A DNA stretch of 28,119 bases from a bacterium. Lineage in GTDB: Bacteria; Hydrothermota; 32-111. Shown here piece after piece: positions 7,135-18,725 of this stretch. Each line of letters starts with the position of its first letter. Position 1 is the first letter of the stretch. The position numbers and the translations under genes are program-made. The DNA lies in the NCBI GenBank assembly GCA_046484245.1, contig JAWOBN010000076.1, positions 1 to 28,119 of the forward strand, written 5' to 3'. A model generated the notes under the pieces. The model was not told where the DNA came from and did not search any database. It worked only from the letters and a program-made list of their open reading frames with translations.

Positions 7135-10100
7135 GCATATTGGCTCTCAGTATCAGTGCAGATATGCTGAGCATTGATATAGATGACATGAAACCTGTGC
7201 TGGACAATTCGTCCGGGTCTGATCTCCCCTATTATTTTTACCTGCTGCCCTCCGGAATAACTGTTGATTCTGTTTCATTTGAAGAACCGGTTTCATCAGA
7301 CAATAAGACAGTTCTTACATTCAGCGGCAATTCACCACTTTCATACCCGGCCTCTAAGCACAGCCCCTCTCCATTCAAATCAGAACTCAGCCCCGGGGCA
7401 TTATTCCATGACAACAGCAGATTGCTCAAATTATTCCCTTACAATTATAAAGATGCATTGACTGAGTACAGAAGAGCTGATGTCTTCTACAGCAACAATG
7501 CAGTAACCAATTCCCCCAAATCATCCTCTCCGGACTATATTATTGTATGCAGGGCTCAATATGACACTGCTTTCAGCCGTTTTGCTGACTGGAAAACAAA
7601 AGCAGGATACAGAACTGCTGTCTATACTGTTGAACATATTGACACTGTACAGGCGGGAATTGACCTGCAGGAGAGAATAAGGAATTTCCTCAAAGACAAA
7701 TACCTGACAAGTAATTTCAAATACCTCCTGCTTGCAGGTGATTCAACCATGATACCTGCAAGAAGGATGTTTGCAATGGAATGCGGAGCAGGATACTACG
7801 ATGATGAGGACTCCATACCTTCGGATTTGTACTACTCTGCATATGACGGTGATTTCAATTATGACGGAGACCATATATACGGGGAGATTGAGGATTCTGC
7901 TGATCTCTATGGTGATGTATATGCAGGCAGAATGCTCTTTGACACATCATTCGGCCCCACTTATGCAATCAACAGAACAATCAGTTATGAAAGAACAGAG
8001 GAGACAGAGCATCTCTCCAGGGGCATGTTCCTGGGCATGGTCCTGTGGGATCCGCCCTATACCCCGGGGGGCGAACTCAAGGATATGATTGGAGATGACA
8101 TCATTCCTTCCGGATATAATATAAAGAAATTCTACGAATCACAGGGGCATTCGGGTGACAGTGATATACTGGACTCACTGGACATGGGCTACTCCATTGT
8201 AAATCATGCAGGGCACGGTTCATACAAGGGCGTCTGGGTTGACGGGGCAACTGCAATTTCAACATGGGACGCTCTGGGGCTCACAAACGGGAATAAGACA
8301 GGTCTCTTCTATTCAATAGGCTGCTGGGTCGGAGCATTTGACAGGGCTAATGATCTCCGCAATTTTTCAATGTGTCTCCAGACAGCTGATAATGGCGGAT
8401 TTGTCAGTGTAGTAACCAATTCCAGATACGGATGGGGGGCACCGGGATATCCCGGATGGGGAGTTTCCGATACATGGGATTACGCTTTCTTCAAACTCCT
8501 CTTTGAAGAGGACAATAAGCAGGCAGGACATATACTCAATGAACTTAAAAAACAATTTGCACCATACAGTGATAATGAGAATCTCTACAGATGGCACATG
8601 TATCAGGTAAATCTCTTCGGGGATCCCTCACTGCGCATCTATACACAGAGCCCGGACAGTATATTGACAGACAGGATATTCACCGGTGATTCTCTGATAA
8701 TATATGCAAGTGACGCAGCGGGCATGCCCCTTGTAAATGTATGCGCTGCAGTAAGCACTGATTCTCTTATAAGCAGGGACACATCCGATGTGTCAGGCAG
8801 GATTGTGCTGAGAACAGATACACTGAATATGAATTATCTCACACTTATAAAGGACAATTACATCACACACTTTGACTCATTCACAGTTGATTCCGGAAGC
8901 CCCTCTGTTGCACTGGTATATGACAGGCTCTTCTCCGGTATTGCCAATACTATGCATGTAAGGAATTATACAGACAGTGCAAGGAGTGTCCATCTGACAA
9001 GCAGTGCGTGGGACACTGTTCTGACTATTCCTTCCGGTTCAGCAAATGAACTTCAATACAGTATTACAGGCAGGGACGTTTTCACTGACTCTGTTCTGCT
9101 TCAGTATGATTCCGGTGACATACTGTACAGATTAATAATACACCCCCTTGACATTGAGCCTGATTCATTCTCATTTGACAACAATGTGTTTTACTATAAT
9201 ACAGTCAGCCGGCATTTCCCGTTACTGACAGGCGGCAGCCTCAAACTTTCACTGGACAATGGACTTTATCTTGATACTGCTCTGGCAATTACGGGTGACA
9301 GTGTTGAGATTGAATACTGCACATCCCTTCCCCCTGAAAGTGAATATACAATGCTCAGCAGGATGCTCCTCAAGGAGAGTGATACACTGTTTTCAGACAG
9401 TGTATTCATAATAAACAGGAATTCACTCTTCAGTGATGATTTTCAGTCCGGCTTTGATAAGTGGCAGACCATAGGCACAGGATGGATTATAACAGACAGC
9501 TCTCTGCATTGCGGCAGTGACAGCTCTTACTATCCGTCAATGCATTCAAGCATAACAAGTGATTCATTTCTCATTATGCCTTCCTCTGTATGTTCCATAG
9601 AGATGAATTTTGAATTCCCCGCACTGGAATTTGATTCCGGTTCTCCGGTATTTGATGTGGACGGGATGTTCATATCAATTATAACAGGCACAGACACCAC
9701 TGTACTGGATTTCCTCTCATCAGGCGGTGCTCTTGAATCAAAATCAGCACTTTACTTTGACGGTATAAAGGGCTATCCCATAGGCAGGGACACACCGTAT
9801 TACGGCAGGCTCCATTTCACATTCATCTCAGACAGTGTTGATGAAAGAAGGGGTATCTACATTGACAATATCAGGATGCATTCACCCTACAGTTTCTACT
9901 CGCCTGATTCGGGTCTTCTGGATGAGGATGTTTTTTATATTTCACGGAGAAGCGGTTTGATTTCTTCCGGTAATTTCGTATACTATATAAACAGGTTAGA
10001 CCGCCCGCTTGAAATGAACATATATGCTGTTGACGGCAGATGCATTTACTCCCGGAGAGTTACAGGCAGCGGTGAGCATATGATTGACCTCAGCAATGAA

Positions 10101-10175
10101 GGCAGCGGTGTCTATTTCCTGAGGATAAATTACAATAACAGAATCTATTCTGACAGAATAACGGTAATAAGGTGA
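7098..10175 (+). CDS. C25 (gingipain-like) cysteine peptidase with a T9SS-like C-terminal sorting domain
   Basis: DYIIV, FADWKTKAGY, YLLLAGD, PSDLYYS, NHAGHG (His), SIGCWVGAFD (Cys), NLFGDP; C-terminal IYAVDGR...SGVYFLRI. Confidence 0.88.
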   Translation: MHSRRYCLFIVLSILALSISADMLSIDIDDMKPVLDNSSGSDLPYYFYLLPSGITVDSVSFEEPVSSDNKTVLTFSGNSPLSYPASKHSPSPFKSELSPGALFHDNSRLLKLFPYNYKDALTEYRRADVFYSNNAVTNSPKSSSPDYIIVCRAQYDTAFSRFADWKTKAGYRTAVYTVEHIDTVQAGIDLQERIRNFLKDKYLTSNFKYLLLAGDSTMIPARRMFAMECGAGYYDDEDSIPSDLYYSAYDGDFNYDGDHIYGEIEDSADLYGDVYAGRMLFDTSFGPTYAINRTISYERTEETEHLSRGMFLGMVLWDPPYTPGGELKDMIGDDIIPSGYNIKKFYESQGHSGDSDILDSLDMGYSIVNHAGHGSYKGVWVDGATAISTWDALGLTNGNKTGLFYSIGCWVGAFDRANDLRNFSMCLQTADNGGFVSVVTNSRYGWGAPGYPGWGVSDTWDYAFFKLLFEEDNKQAGHILNELKKQFAPYSDNENLYRWHMYQVNLFGDPSLRIYTQSPDSILTDRIFTGDSLIIYASDAAGMPLVNVCAAVSTDSLISRDTSDVSGRIVLRTDTLNMNYLTLIKDNYITHFDSFTVDSGSPSVALVYDRLFSGIANTMHVRNYTDSARSVHLTSSAWDTVLTIPSGSANELQYSITGRDVFTDSVLLQYDSGDILYRLIIHPLDIEPDSFSFDNNVFYYNTVSRHFPLLTGGSLKLSLDNGLYLDTALAITGDSVEIEYCTSLPPESEYTMLSRMLLKESDTLFSDSVFIINRNSLFSDDFQSGFDKWQTIGTGWIITDSSLHCGSDSSYYPSMHSSITSDSFLIMPSSVCSIEMNFEFPALEFDSGSPVFDVDGMFISIITGTDTTVLDFLSSGGALESKSALYFDGIKGYPIGRDTPYYGRLHFTFISDSVDERRGIYIDNIRMHSPYSFYSPDSGLLDEDVFYISRRSGLISSGNFVYYINRLDRPLEMNIYAVDGRCIYSRRVTGSGEHMIDLSNEGSGVYFLRINYNNRIYSDRITVIR

Positions 10176-10179
10176 ATTT

Positions 10180-10812
10180 ATGAAAGAAAGAATCAAGAAT
10201 TATTTTCTCTCGGGACTTGTATTTGCAGTGCCTATTGTGGTCACTGTATATATCACTATTTTTATTGTCAATACACTGGGCGGCATGTGGCAGACAATAT
10301 TTGCGGGGATTCCGTATATAAGCGAATTTCCGCCTATGTTCGTCAAATTCATAGGCCTTCTCATATCTTTCATACTGATAATGTTTATCGGTTTTCTCGG
10401 CTCCAATATACTGGGCAGATTCCTCTTCTCCATTCCCGAGAAAATCATAAGGAATACACCGATAATGAAGGATATTTACAAACCCGCCAAGGAACTCACA
10501 GACACACTGTTTATGAACAAAACTAATTTCAAGACAGTTGTGCTGGTGGAATTTTTCAGGAAAGGCGAATGGACAGTGGCATTTATTACCTCTGATGCCA
10601 AATGGAAAATTGATGATGAAGAGGCTGTCTCTATTTTTGTTCCTACAAGCCCCAACCCCACCAATGGTTTTTTTGCAATAGTTGCAAAATCACAGACAAG
10701 GAAGACCGATTTCACTGTTGAGGAGGCATTGAAGCTTATTGTCTCCAGCGGTCTGGTATTCAATAAAACAGGAGAGATATTTTCCGATGAATATAAAACA
10801 AATTCTCAGTAA
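10180..10812 (+). CDS. DUF502 family membrane protein
   Basis: YFLSGL...PIVVT N-terminus, VVLVEF, FVPTSPNPTNGF, VEEALKLIVSSG. Confidence 0.9.
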   Translation: MKERIKNYFLSGLVFAVPIVVTVYITIFIVNTLGGMWQTIFAGIPYISEFPPMFVKFIGLLISFILIMFIGFLGSNILGRFLFSIPEKIIRNTPIMKDIYKPAKELTDTLFMNKTNFKTVVLVEFFRKGEWTVAFITSDAKWKIDDEEAVSIFVPTSPNPTNGFFAIVAKSQTRKTDFTVEEALKLIVSSGLVFNKTGEIFSDEYKTNSQ

Positions 10813-11596
10813 ATTCCGCAGCTCTGAACCGGAGAATGAGAAGACACTAAGGGAAATCATATCCGATTCAAGCAAAAAAGATATTATAAGCAGTGATGAA
10901 AAGGAATTGATTGACTCCATATTTGACCTTGAGGACACCTTTGTTGAGGAGATAATGGTGCCGAGGGTTGATATGATCGCTTGTCAGCACAATACATCAC
11001 TGGATGATATTATAAGGCTTATCAATACAACATCAAAATCGCGTCTGCCGGTCTATCATTATCATCTGGATAATATAATCGGTATTGTCAATGGGAATGA
11101 TATACTGAAATTCTCTGCGTCAGACAAACCTGTCAAGGCAGTGGAGATCATCAGACCTCCATATTTCATACCGGAGACAAAAAGCGTGCTCTCAACACTG
11201 CGCGAATTCCAGAAGAACAGAATCAGCATAGCCATTGTGATAGATGAATACGGCGGTGTTGCGGGACTCATAACAATGGAGGATATTGTTGAGGAGATTG
11301 TCGGTGAGCTGCAGGATGAACTGGACAAGGAAGAGCCCATGCTGACCAAATTATCCGAGAATACATATCTGGTTAATGCAAGAATGGAACTGGATGAGTT
11401 CAATGAGGCAATGAACACTGATTTTGACTATGAGAATATCAATTCAGTGGGGGGCATTGTGCTCTCCGAACTGGAGCATATACCGACAATAAACGAGAAA
11501 CTGACACTGGAAAATATTGAATTCAAGATACTGGAAATGGTCAAGACAAGAATACAGAAAATAATCATTAAGGATCTCAGGGGCAATAATGACTGA
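10787..11596 (+). CDS. CBS-pair + CorC/HlyC domain protein (CorC-like, no membrane domain)
   Basis: EIMVPRVDM, SRLPVY, DNIIGIV, AIVIDEYGGVAGLITMEDIVEEIVGE; start at ATG 10787 after AGGAG. Confidence 0.88.
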   Translation: MNIKQILSKFRSSEPENEKTLREIISDSSKKDIISSDEKELIDSIFDLEDTFVEEIMVPRVDMIACQHNTSLDDIIRLINTTSKSRLPVYHYHLDNIIGIVNGNDILKFSASDKPVKAVEIIRPPYFIPETKSVLSTLREFQKNRISIAIVIDEYGGVAGLITMEDIVEEIVGELQDELDKEEPMLTKLSENTYLVNARMELDEFNEAMNTDFDYENINSVGGIVLSELEHIPTINEKLTLENIEFKILEMVKTRIQKIIIKDLRGNND

Positions 11597-14500
11597 TTTT
11601 ACTCATCTTCACGTACACACTGAATACAGTATGCTGGATGGCGCCAATAATGTGGGCAATCTCATCAAGAGGGCAGCTGACCTTAATATGTCATCACTGG
11701 CAATAACGGATCACGGCAATCTGCACGGGATTATTCATTTCTATGAAAAGGCATTGAAAAACGGGATAAAACCGATTATAGGAGAGGAATTCTATCTTTC
11801 ACCGCATCCTCTTGATTCCACCAATGAGATGAAGAGAAAGGCGAAGAATTATCATCTCGTTCTCCTTGCAAAAAATGAGAAGGGGCTCGGGAATCTCTAC
11901 AAACTCTCATCCCTGGGTTTTACCCGCGGATTCAGATACAGACCCCGTATTGACAAGGGAATGCTGAGAAAACATTCGGACGGACTTGTATGTCTCAGTG
12001 CATGCAGGGGCGGAGAGATTCAGAGTAATATACTGAACAATGATATTGACGGGGCAATGCGCAGTGCCAGGGAATACTGCGAGATATTCTCCAAGGAGAG
12101 ATTCTTCCTGGAACTGATGCGCATAGGACTTGCTGATGACAACAGGATAATAGAGGGGCAGATGGAGATTGCCCGTGAGCTGGGCATAGATGTGGTTGCG
12201 ACCAATGATGTGCACTATCTGACAAAGAAGGATTCACTTGCTCATGAGATACTGCTCTGCATACAGACAGGCAGGACAATAAATGATGAGGACAGATTCA
12301 GGTTTCAGACCAATGAGTTCTATCTCAAGACACCTGAGGAGATGAGCGAACTGTTCAGTGATATACCCGAGGCATTGAGCAATACAATGAAAGTGGCTGA
12401 TATGTGCAATGTGAAGATTGATGTGTCAGGCAAGAATTTCAAGATGCCGAGGGTGGAGCTCAAAGAGGGCTTTGATAATGAGGATGATTATCTTGAATAC
12501 CTCGCAGGCAAGGGTCTTGAAGAAAAATTCCCCGGCGAGATAACACCTGAAGTAAAGAAGAGATATGAATATGAATTATCCGTCATAGAGAAGATGAATT
12601 ATGCGGGTTATTTCATTATCATATATAATCTTATTGAGATGGCGAAGGAGAACAATATAACAATAGGTCCGGGCAGGGGTTCGGCAGCAGGCTCACTGAT
12701 TCTGTATCTGCTCGGCATAACAAAGGTCAATCCCCTGGAATACGGACTGTTCTTTGAACGTTTTCTCAATCCGGAGAGAATATCAATGCCTGATGTTGAC
12801 ATAGATATTTCCGACCTGGACAGGGACAAGCTGCTCAATATACTCACAGAGAAATATCACAGGGAGAATGTTGCACTGATTGCCACATTCGGCACACTGA
12901 AATCCAGACAGGTCTTCACTGATGTTGCAAGGGCATTTGAAGTGCCGCCTGCAGAGGTCAAACGCATTACAAAGAGAATGCCTGCCAATGCGGGGCTCGG
13001 CGATGTTTACGATGAATCAGCTGATTTCAGAAAACTGGTGGAAAATGATCCCAATTTCAAGAAGATTTATGATATATCACTGGTACTTGAGAATAATGTG
13101 CGCCATGTCTCCAAACATGCAGCGGGAATCGTGATAACCCCCGGGCCCATGACTGATTATGCACCCGTATTCTCCAGTCCCGGTGAACAGACCAATATCA
13201 CCCAATTTGAGAAAGACACACTGGAGAAGATAGGCCTTGTCAAGATGGACCTGCTCGGACTCAGGACACTCAGTGTAATTGACAATACACTTGATATGCT
13301 TGCCGGCAGGGATGTGGAGATTGATATAGATAATCTTCCGAAGGATGACAGTGATACATTTGACACAATCAGGAAAGGTGCAACAGCCGGGGTCTTTCAG
13401 CTGGAAAGTGCCGGTATGCGTTCATTCCTCAGGAGATACGGTCCGGAGGATTTCAATGATATTATCAAGATCATCTCATTCTACAGACCCGGACCCATGC
13501 AGGAGATGGGCAAGATAATCAACAGGAAAAACGGCAAGGAGAAAGTGACATACGATCACCCGCTTGCAGAGGATATACTCTCCGAGACATACGGACTTAT
13601 GATTTATCAGGAACAGGTGATGAGTATAGCCAATAAGATTGCAGGATTCTCCTTTGCAAAAGCGGACATACTGAGAAAAGCAATGAGCAAGAAGAAGCGG
13701 GACCTGATGAATCAGTATGAGAAGGAATTTGTTGAGGGAGCGCAGGCTAAGGGAATAGACAAGAGGATTGCCCTCAATATATTTGAGAAGATAGCCAAGT
13801 TCGCTGAATACGGGTTCAATAAGTCACACGGCACAGCATACGCTTTCCTCAGTTATCAGACAGCATATCTCAAGACACATTATCCCCTTGAATTCATGGC
13901 ATCCACAATCAATTCATATATCGGGGTCATAAAGAAGGTTGTGAAGTATATTGAAGAGACAAAAGCAATGGATATTCCCATACTGCAGCCTGATATCAAT
14001 AAATCCGGTTTCAAAGTGAGTGTTGAAGGCAATGGACTGCGCCTGGGGCTCGGTATTATAAAGAATGTCGGTCAGAGTGCTGTTGAAAATATCATGAAGA
14101 ACAGGAAGGATGAACCGTATAAGAATTTCTATGATTTTCTCACGAGGGTGGACACCAAGACAGTGAACAAGAAGGCTGTGGAGTCGCTTATCAAAGCAGG
14201 GGCATTTGATTCACTGGGCAAGGATAGGCATCTGCTGCTGGACAATTTCCCCGAGATACTCAACAGGGCAGACAAGAAGAAAGAGAAAATAGAAGCAGGC
14301 ATGCTATCACTATTCGGTGAGGAGAGTGATGGTGACTGGGAGAGCATGATTACTGTTGACAAGAAATGGAATAAGGAAAAGCTCCTCAATTTTGAATTTG
14401 AGGTACTTGAATTCTTTATATCCGGTCATCCGCTTGAGAAATACCGCGGGCTCTATAACTCTATTGTCACGCATTCACTGGATGATTTCAATGAACTGGA

Positions 14501-15017
14501 TTCAGATGAGAATGTCACTATGATAGGCATACTGAACAATATCAGCAAGAAGAAAGCTCGTTCAGGCAAATACTATTCCCTCTTCAGGCTGTTCACTCTG
14601 GAGGGATATGTGGCATGTGCAATATTCAATGATACGCATGAGAAATACTCCCCGTATCTTGTCAAGGATTCATCTGTTGTTGTATTCGGCAAGACAAAGA
14701 GGGATGATGAGAACACACTGCCCAGGATATTTGTTGACAAGATCATACCCCTTGAAGAAGTGAGAAAATACATTGACGGTGTGAAGCTCAGTATAACACT
14801 TGATGAGATGGATGAGAAGATGATAAATGATCTCAGGACATTTGCCTCATCCAATATGGGCAATAATCATCTCATTGTTCAGATAAAGAGCAAGCAGGAT
14901 AATACAATAAGGATAAAGTCAAAATCACTGCAGATTGCCGTAAATTCACATAATTTTTCCAAACTGGAGAATATAGTCGGAGAGGGCAATGTGCATTATC
15001 TTTTCAAACAATTCTAA
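11589..15017 (+). CDS. dnaE: DNA polymerase III alpha subunit
   Basis: PHP HLHVHTEYSMLDG, GPGRGSAAGS, FERFLNPERISMPDVDID, KHAAG, YQEQVM, YGFNKSH, OB fold. Confidence 0.98.
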   Translation: MTDFTHLHVHTEYSMLDGANNVGNLIKRAADLNMSSLAITDHGNLHGIIHFYEKALKNGIKPIIGEEFYLSPHPLDSTNEMKRKAKNYHLVLLAKNEKGLGNLYKLSSLGFTRGFRYRPRIDKGMLRKHSDGLVCLSACRGGEIQSNILNNDIDGAMRSAREYCEIFSKERFFLELMRIGLADDNRIIEGQMEIARELGIDVVATNDVHYLTKKDSLAHEILLCIQTGRTINDEDRFRFQTNEFYLKTPEEMSELFSDIPEALSNTMKVADMCNVKIDVSGKNFKMPRVELKEGFDNEDDYLEYLAGKGLEEKFPGEITPEVKKRYEYELSVIEKMNYAGYFIIIYNLIEMAKENNITIGPGRGSAAGSLILYLLGITKVNPLEYGLFFERFLNPERISMPDVDIDISDLDRDKLLNILTEKYHRENVALIATFGTLKSRQVFTDVARAFEVPPAEVKRITKRMPANAGLGDVYDESADFRKLVENDPNFKKIYDISLVLENNVRHVSKHAAGIVITPGPMTDYAPVFSSPGEQTNITQFEKDTLEKIGLVKMDLLGLRTLSVIDNTLDMLAGRDVEIDIDNLPKDDSDTFDTIRKGATAGVFQLESAGMRSFLRRYGPEDFNDIIKIISFYRPGPMQEMGKIINRKNGKEKVTYDHPLAEDILSETYGLMIYQEQVMSIANKIAGFSFAKADILRKAMSKKKRDLMNQYEKEFVEGAQAKGIDKRIALNIFEKIAKFAEYGFNKSHGTAYAFLSYQTAYLKTHYPLEFMASTINSYIGVIKKVVKYIEETKAMDIPILQPDINKSGFKVSVEGNGLRLGLGIIKNVGQSAVENIMKNRKDEPYKNFYDFLTRVDTKTVNKKAVESLIKAGAFDSLGKDRHLLLDNFPEILNRADKKKEKIEAGMLSLFGEESDGDWESMITVDKKWNKEKLLNFEFEVLEFFISGHPLEKYRGLYNSIVTHSLDDFNELDSDENVTMIGILNNISKKKARSGKYYSLFRLFTLEGYVACAIFNDTHEKYSPYLVKDSSVVVFGKTKRDDENTLPRIFVDKIIPLEEVRKYIDGVKLSITLDEMDEKMINDLRTFASSNMGNNHLIVQIKSKQDNTIRIKSKSLQIAVNSHNFSKLENIVGEGNVHYLFKQF

Positions 15018-16303
<1,286 letters not shown>

Positions 16304-16304
<1 letters not shown>

Positions 16305-17617
16305 TGAAATCCGTATTGATAGGCGCAGGCAAGGTATTCTATTCAATAATAATATTCATTCTTTCAATACTCGCTGCACGTTTCTTCTCAGTTCATGACT
16401 ACGGTCTGTTCCGGGAATTCTACCTCTATCTGCTCATAGGCATTTCAGTATCCGGCATACCTGCAACAAATGCAGTTTACTATTTCAGGGGTGTCAATAT
16501 ACAGAGAATGATGATACTCTTTGCCATGTCAATGCTCACAGGTTTGTCAATACTTGCGCTGATAATCATATTCACAGGCAAATCATTCATATGGATCATT
16601 ATTGCATCACTGCCCGGCTCCATACTCTATATACTGCTGGAGGCTGCTCTGCTCTCTGAGAAATTCCATTACAGGGCTTTCTCCCTCACATTACTGGAGG
16701 CATTCTCCTTTCTCATCCCTATTCCCATTATGCTCAATGCAGGCCCGGACATAGACCTCTACTTCAGGATATTCCTCATACTCTCAGTAGTAAAGGCATT
16801 ACTCTATATGATAACCATAATGCGCATTGTTGACCGTGAGAACACCAATGGATTGAGGCATATTGTAGTATACACACTGCCTGTATATATCAACAGTATT
16901 GTCGGCATGATCTCCGGCAAAATAGACAAGTATGTTGTGTCAGCATTCTTCGGGCCCTCGGTATTCGCTTTCTACTCTTCAGGGGCATTTGAGGTGCCGC
17001 TTGTCGGCAGATTCATACACGGAGTATTCACATCCAAGGCATCGGACATAAGGAATCATATAAGAAACGGCACATACTCAGCAGTAAAGAACAATCTCTC
17101 TTCACTGATAGACAAACTGGCGGGATTTACGGGACTGCTCTCAATTGTGCTTATTATCAATGCGCGTTTTGTTATTGAGACACTCTTCACTGTTCAGTAC
17201 AGTGATGCATTCATCTATTTTACTGTATATCTCTTCATACTGCCTATCCGGCTCATGCCAATGGGTTTTCTGATGAGTCTCAAGGGCAGGACAAAGGAAT
17301 TGATGTATCTCGGTACAGGAGATGCATTGCTCACAACAATACTCGCTATTGTACTTATCTATCTCTGGGGTCCTGTAGGCGGCGCATTCGCATTCATATC
17401 CGTAACATTTGTCCAGGTCCTTTTCATACTCTATTTCATCCGTGACTTCTTTCCTGTGCGCCTCTTCCTGGTTCATTACTTCCTCAGTTTCTTCTTCATG
17501 CACATAGGACTGATGCTGCTCAACAGCAATTCTCTTCTCATTGCAAACAGTTCTGTTATTGTATATATTATTTCGGTTCTGATAATAATTGTCCTGAGGA
17601 AAAGATTATGGAAGTGA
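16304..17617 (+). CDS. Oligosaccharide flippase (Wzx/MOP superfamily)
   Basis: About 12 TM segments; ARFFS..DYG, IDKYVVS.FFG..FAFYS.GAFEVP, WGPVGGAFA. Confidence 0.75.
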
Positions 17618-18369
17618 TTTTTCTCGGTACAGGAACATCAATGGGTATTCCCATTATAGGATGCAGGTGCCGTGTCTGCACATCACCGGATATAAGAGAC
17701 AGAAGGACCAGGCCGGGCATACTCCTGAGAAAGGACGGGTATAATCTGCTTGTTGATGCCTCAGCGGAACTCCGCATACAATTGCTGAGAGAGGATATCA
17801 GGCATATTGATTCAATATTCATTACTCACCCGCATGCAGACCATATATTCGGACTGGATGATACAAGGGTCTTTTCACTGAAGAATGGCAAGCCGATGCC
17901 CATTTACTGCAGTCTGTCAACAGAAAATGAAATAAGACGCGTCTATGATTATGTATTCAGGGATACCCAGAAGGGCGGCGGTAAACCGTCATTTGAGTTC
18001 AGAAGAATTGAAGAGACAAAGCAGATAGGGCCCTTTGAAATATACCCCTTCAAGGTCTGGCACGGTAATATTCTCATTGATGCCATTGTTACCGACAATC
18101 TCATTATTATTCTTGATGCATCGTATATTGAACCGGATACACTGAGAGCCGTAAAACCAATGGGGGATTACGGTATTATCAATGGACTGAGGATGAGACC
18201 TCATTCAACGCATTTTTCATTTGCCGAATCATCTGCCCTTCTCTGTTCACTGAACATCACTGAAGGATATATACTGCATCTGACACACGATTTTATGCAT
18301 GATGATATTGAGAAAATGACACCGGAAAACATACATCCGGCTTATGACGGTCTAAGAATCTGTATTTGA
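17608..18369 (+). CDS. MBL-fold metallo-hydrolase, PhnP-like phosphodiesterase
   Basis: FLGTGTSMGIP.IGCRCRVC, THPHADHIFGLDD, HSTH, HLTH, PAYDG. Confidence 0.92.
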   Translation: MEVIFLGTGTSMGIPIIGCRCRVCTSPDIRDRRTRPGILLRKDGYNLLVDASAELRIQLLREDIRHIDSIFITHPHADHIFGLDDTRVFSLKNGKPMPIYCSLSTENEIRRVYDYVFRDTQKGGGKPSFEFRRIEETKQIGPFEIYPFKVWHGNILIDAIVTDNLIIILDASYIEPDTLRAVKPMGDYGIINGLRMRPHSTHFSFAESSALLCSLNITEGYILHLTHDFMHDDIEKMTPENIHPAYDGLRICI

Positions 18370-18372
18370 ATA

Positions 18373-18723
18373 CTATCTGGACAGTTTCCTGTCCATGTTT
18401 CTCAAACGCCTGACAAGTGTTGAGATGAGGGCTCCCATAAGGGGGTCTTCCTCTATCTGTCTCTGTATGGACTGTCTGTTGAGCACAAGTACAACACAAT
18501 CCTCAATTGCCTCAGCTGATGCAGAGCGCGGTTTGCCGTCAATAATCGCCATCTCCCCGATGAATTCACCCTCTGAAATAACAGCAAGCTGCTTCTTCTC
18601 CCCATTCTTGTCAAGATAGATCCTTATCTTGCCGTCTTTGACCATGTAGACCTCATCAGGCGGATCGCCCTGTCTGAAGAGCAATTCACCTGATGATAAT
18701 TTCCGTTCAAATCCGTTTAAGAT
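18373..18723 (-). CDS. Stand-alone cyclic-nucleotide-binding domain protein
   Basis: LFRQGD...VYMVKDG.I.I, GEFIGEMAIIDGKPRSASAEA; the frame is open upstream of TTG 18684, so the true start is uncertain (ATC 18723 lies behind GAGGT). Confidence 0.85.
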   Translation of the reverse strand: MLNGFERKLSSGELLFRQGDPPDEVYMVKDGKIRIYLDKNGEKKQLAVISEGEFIGEMAIIDGKPRSASAEAIEDCVVLVLNRQSIQRQIEEDPLMGALISTLVRRLRNMDRKLSR

Positions 18724-18725
18724 AA

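Noticed and set aside
11589..15017. Intein in dnaE
   Set aside because: The length (1142 aa) is normal, with no C...HN splice motifs or inserted endonuclease.
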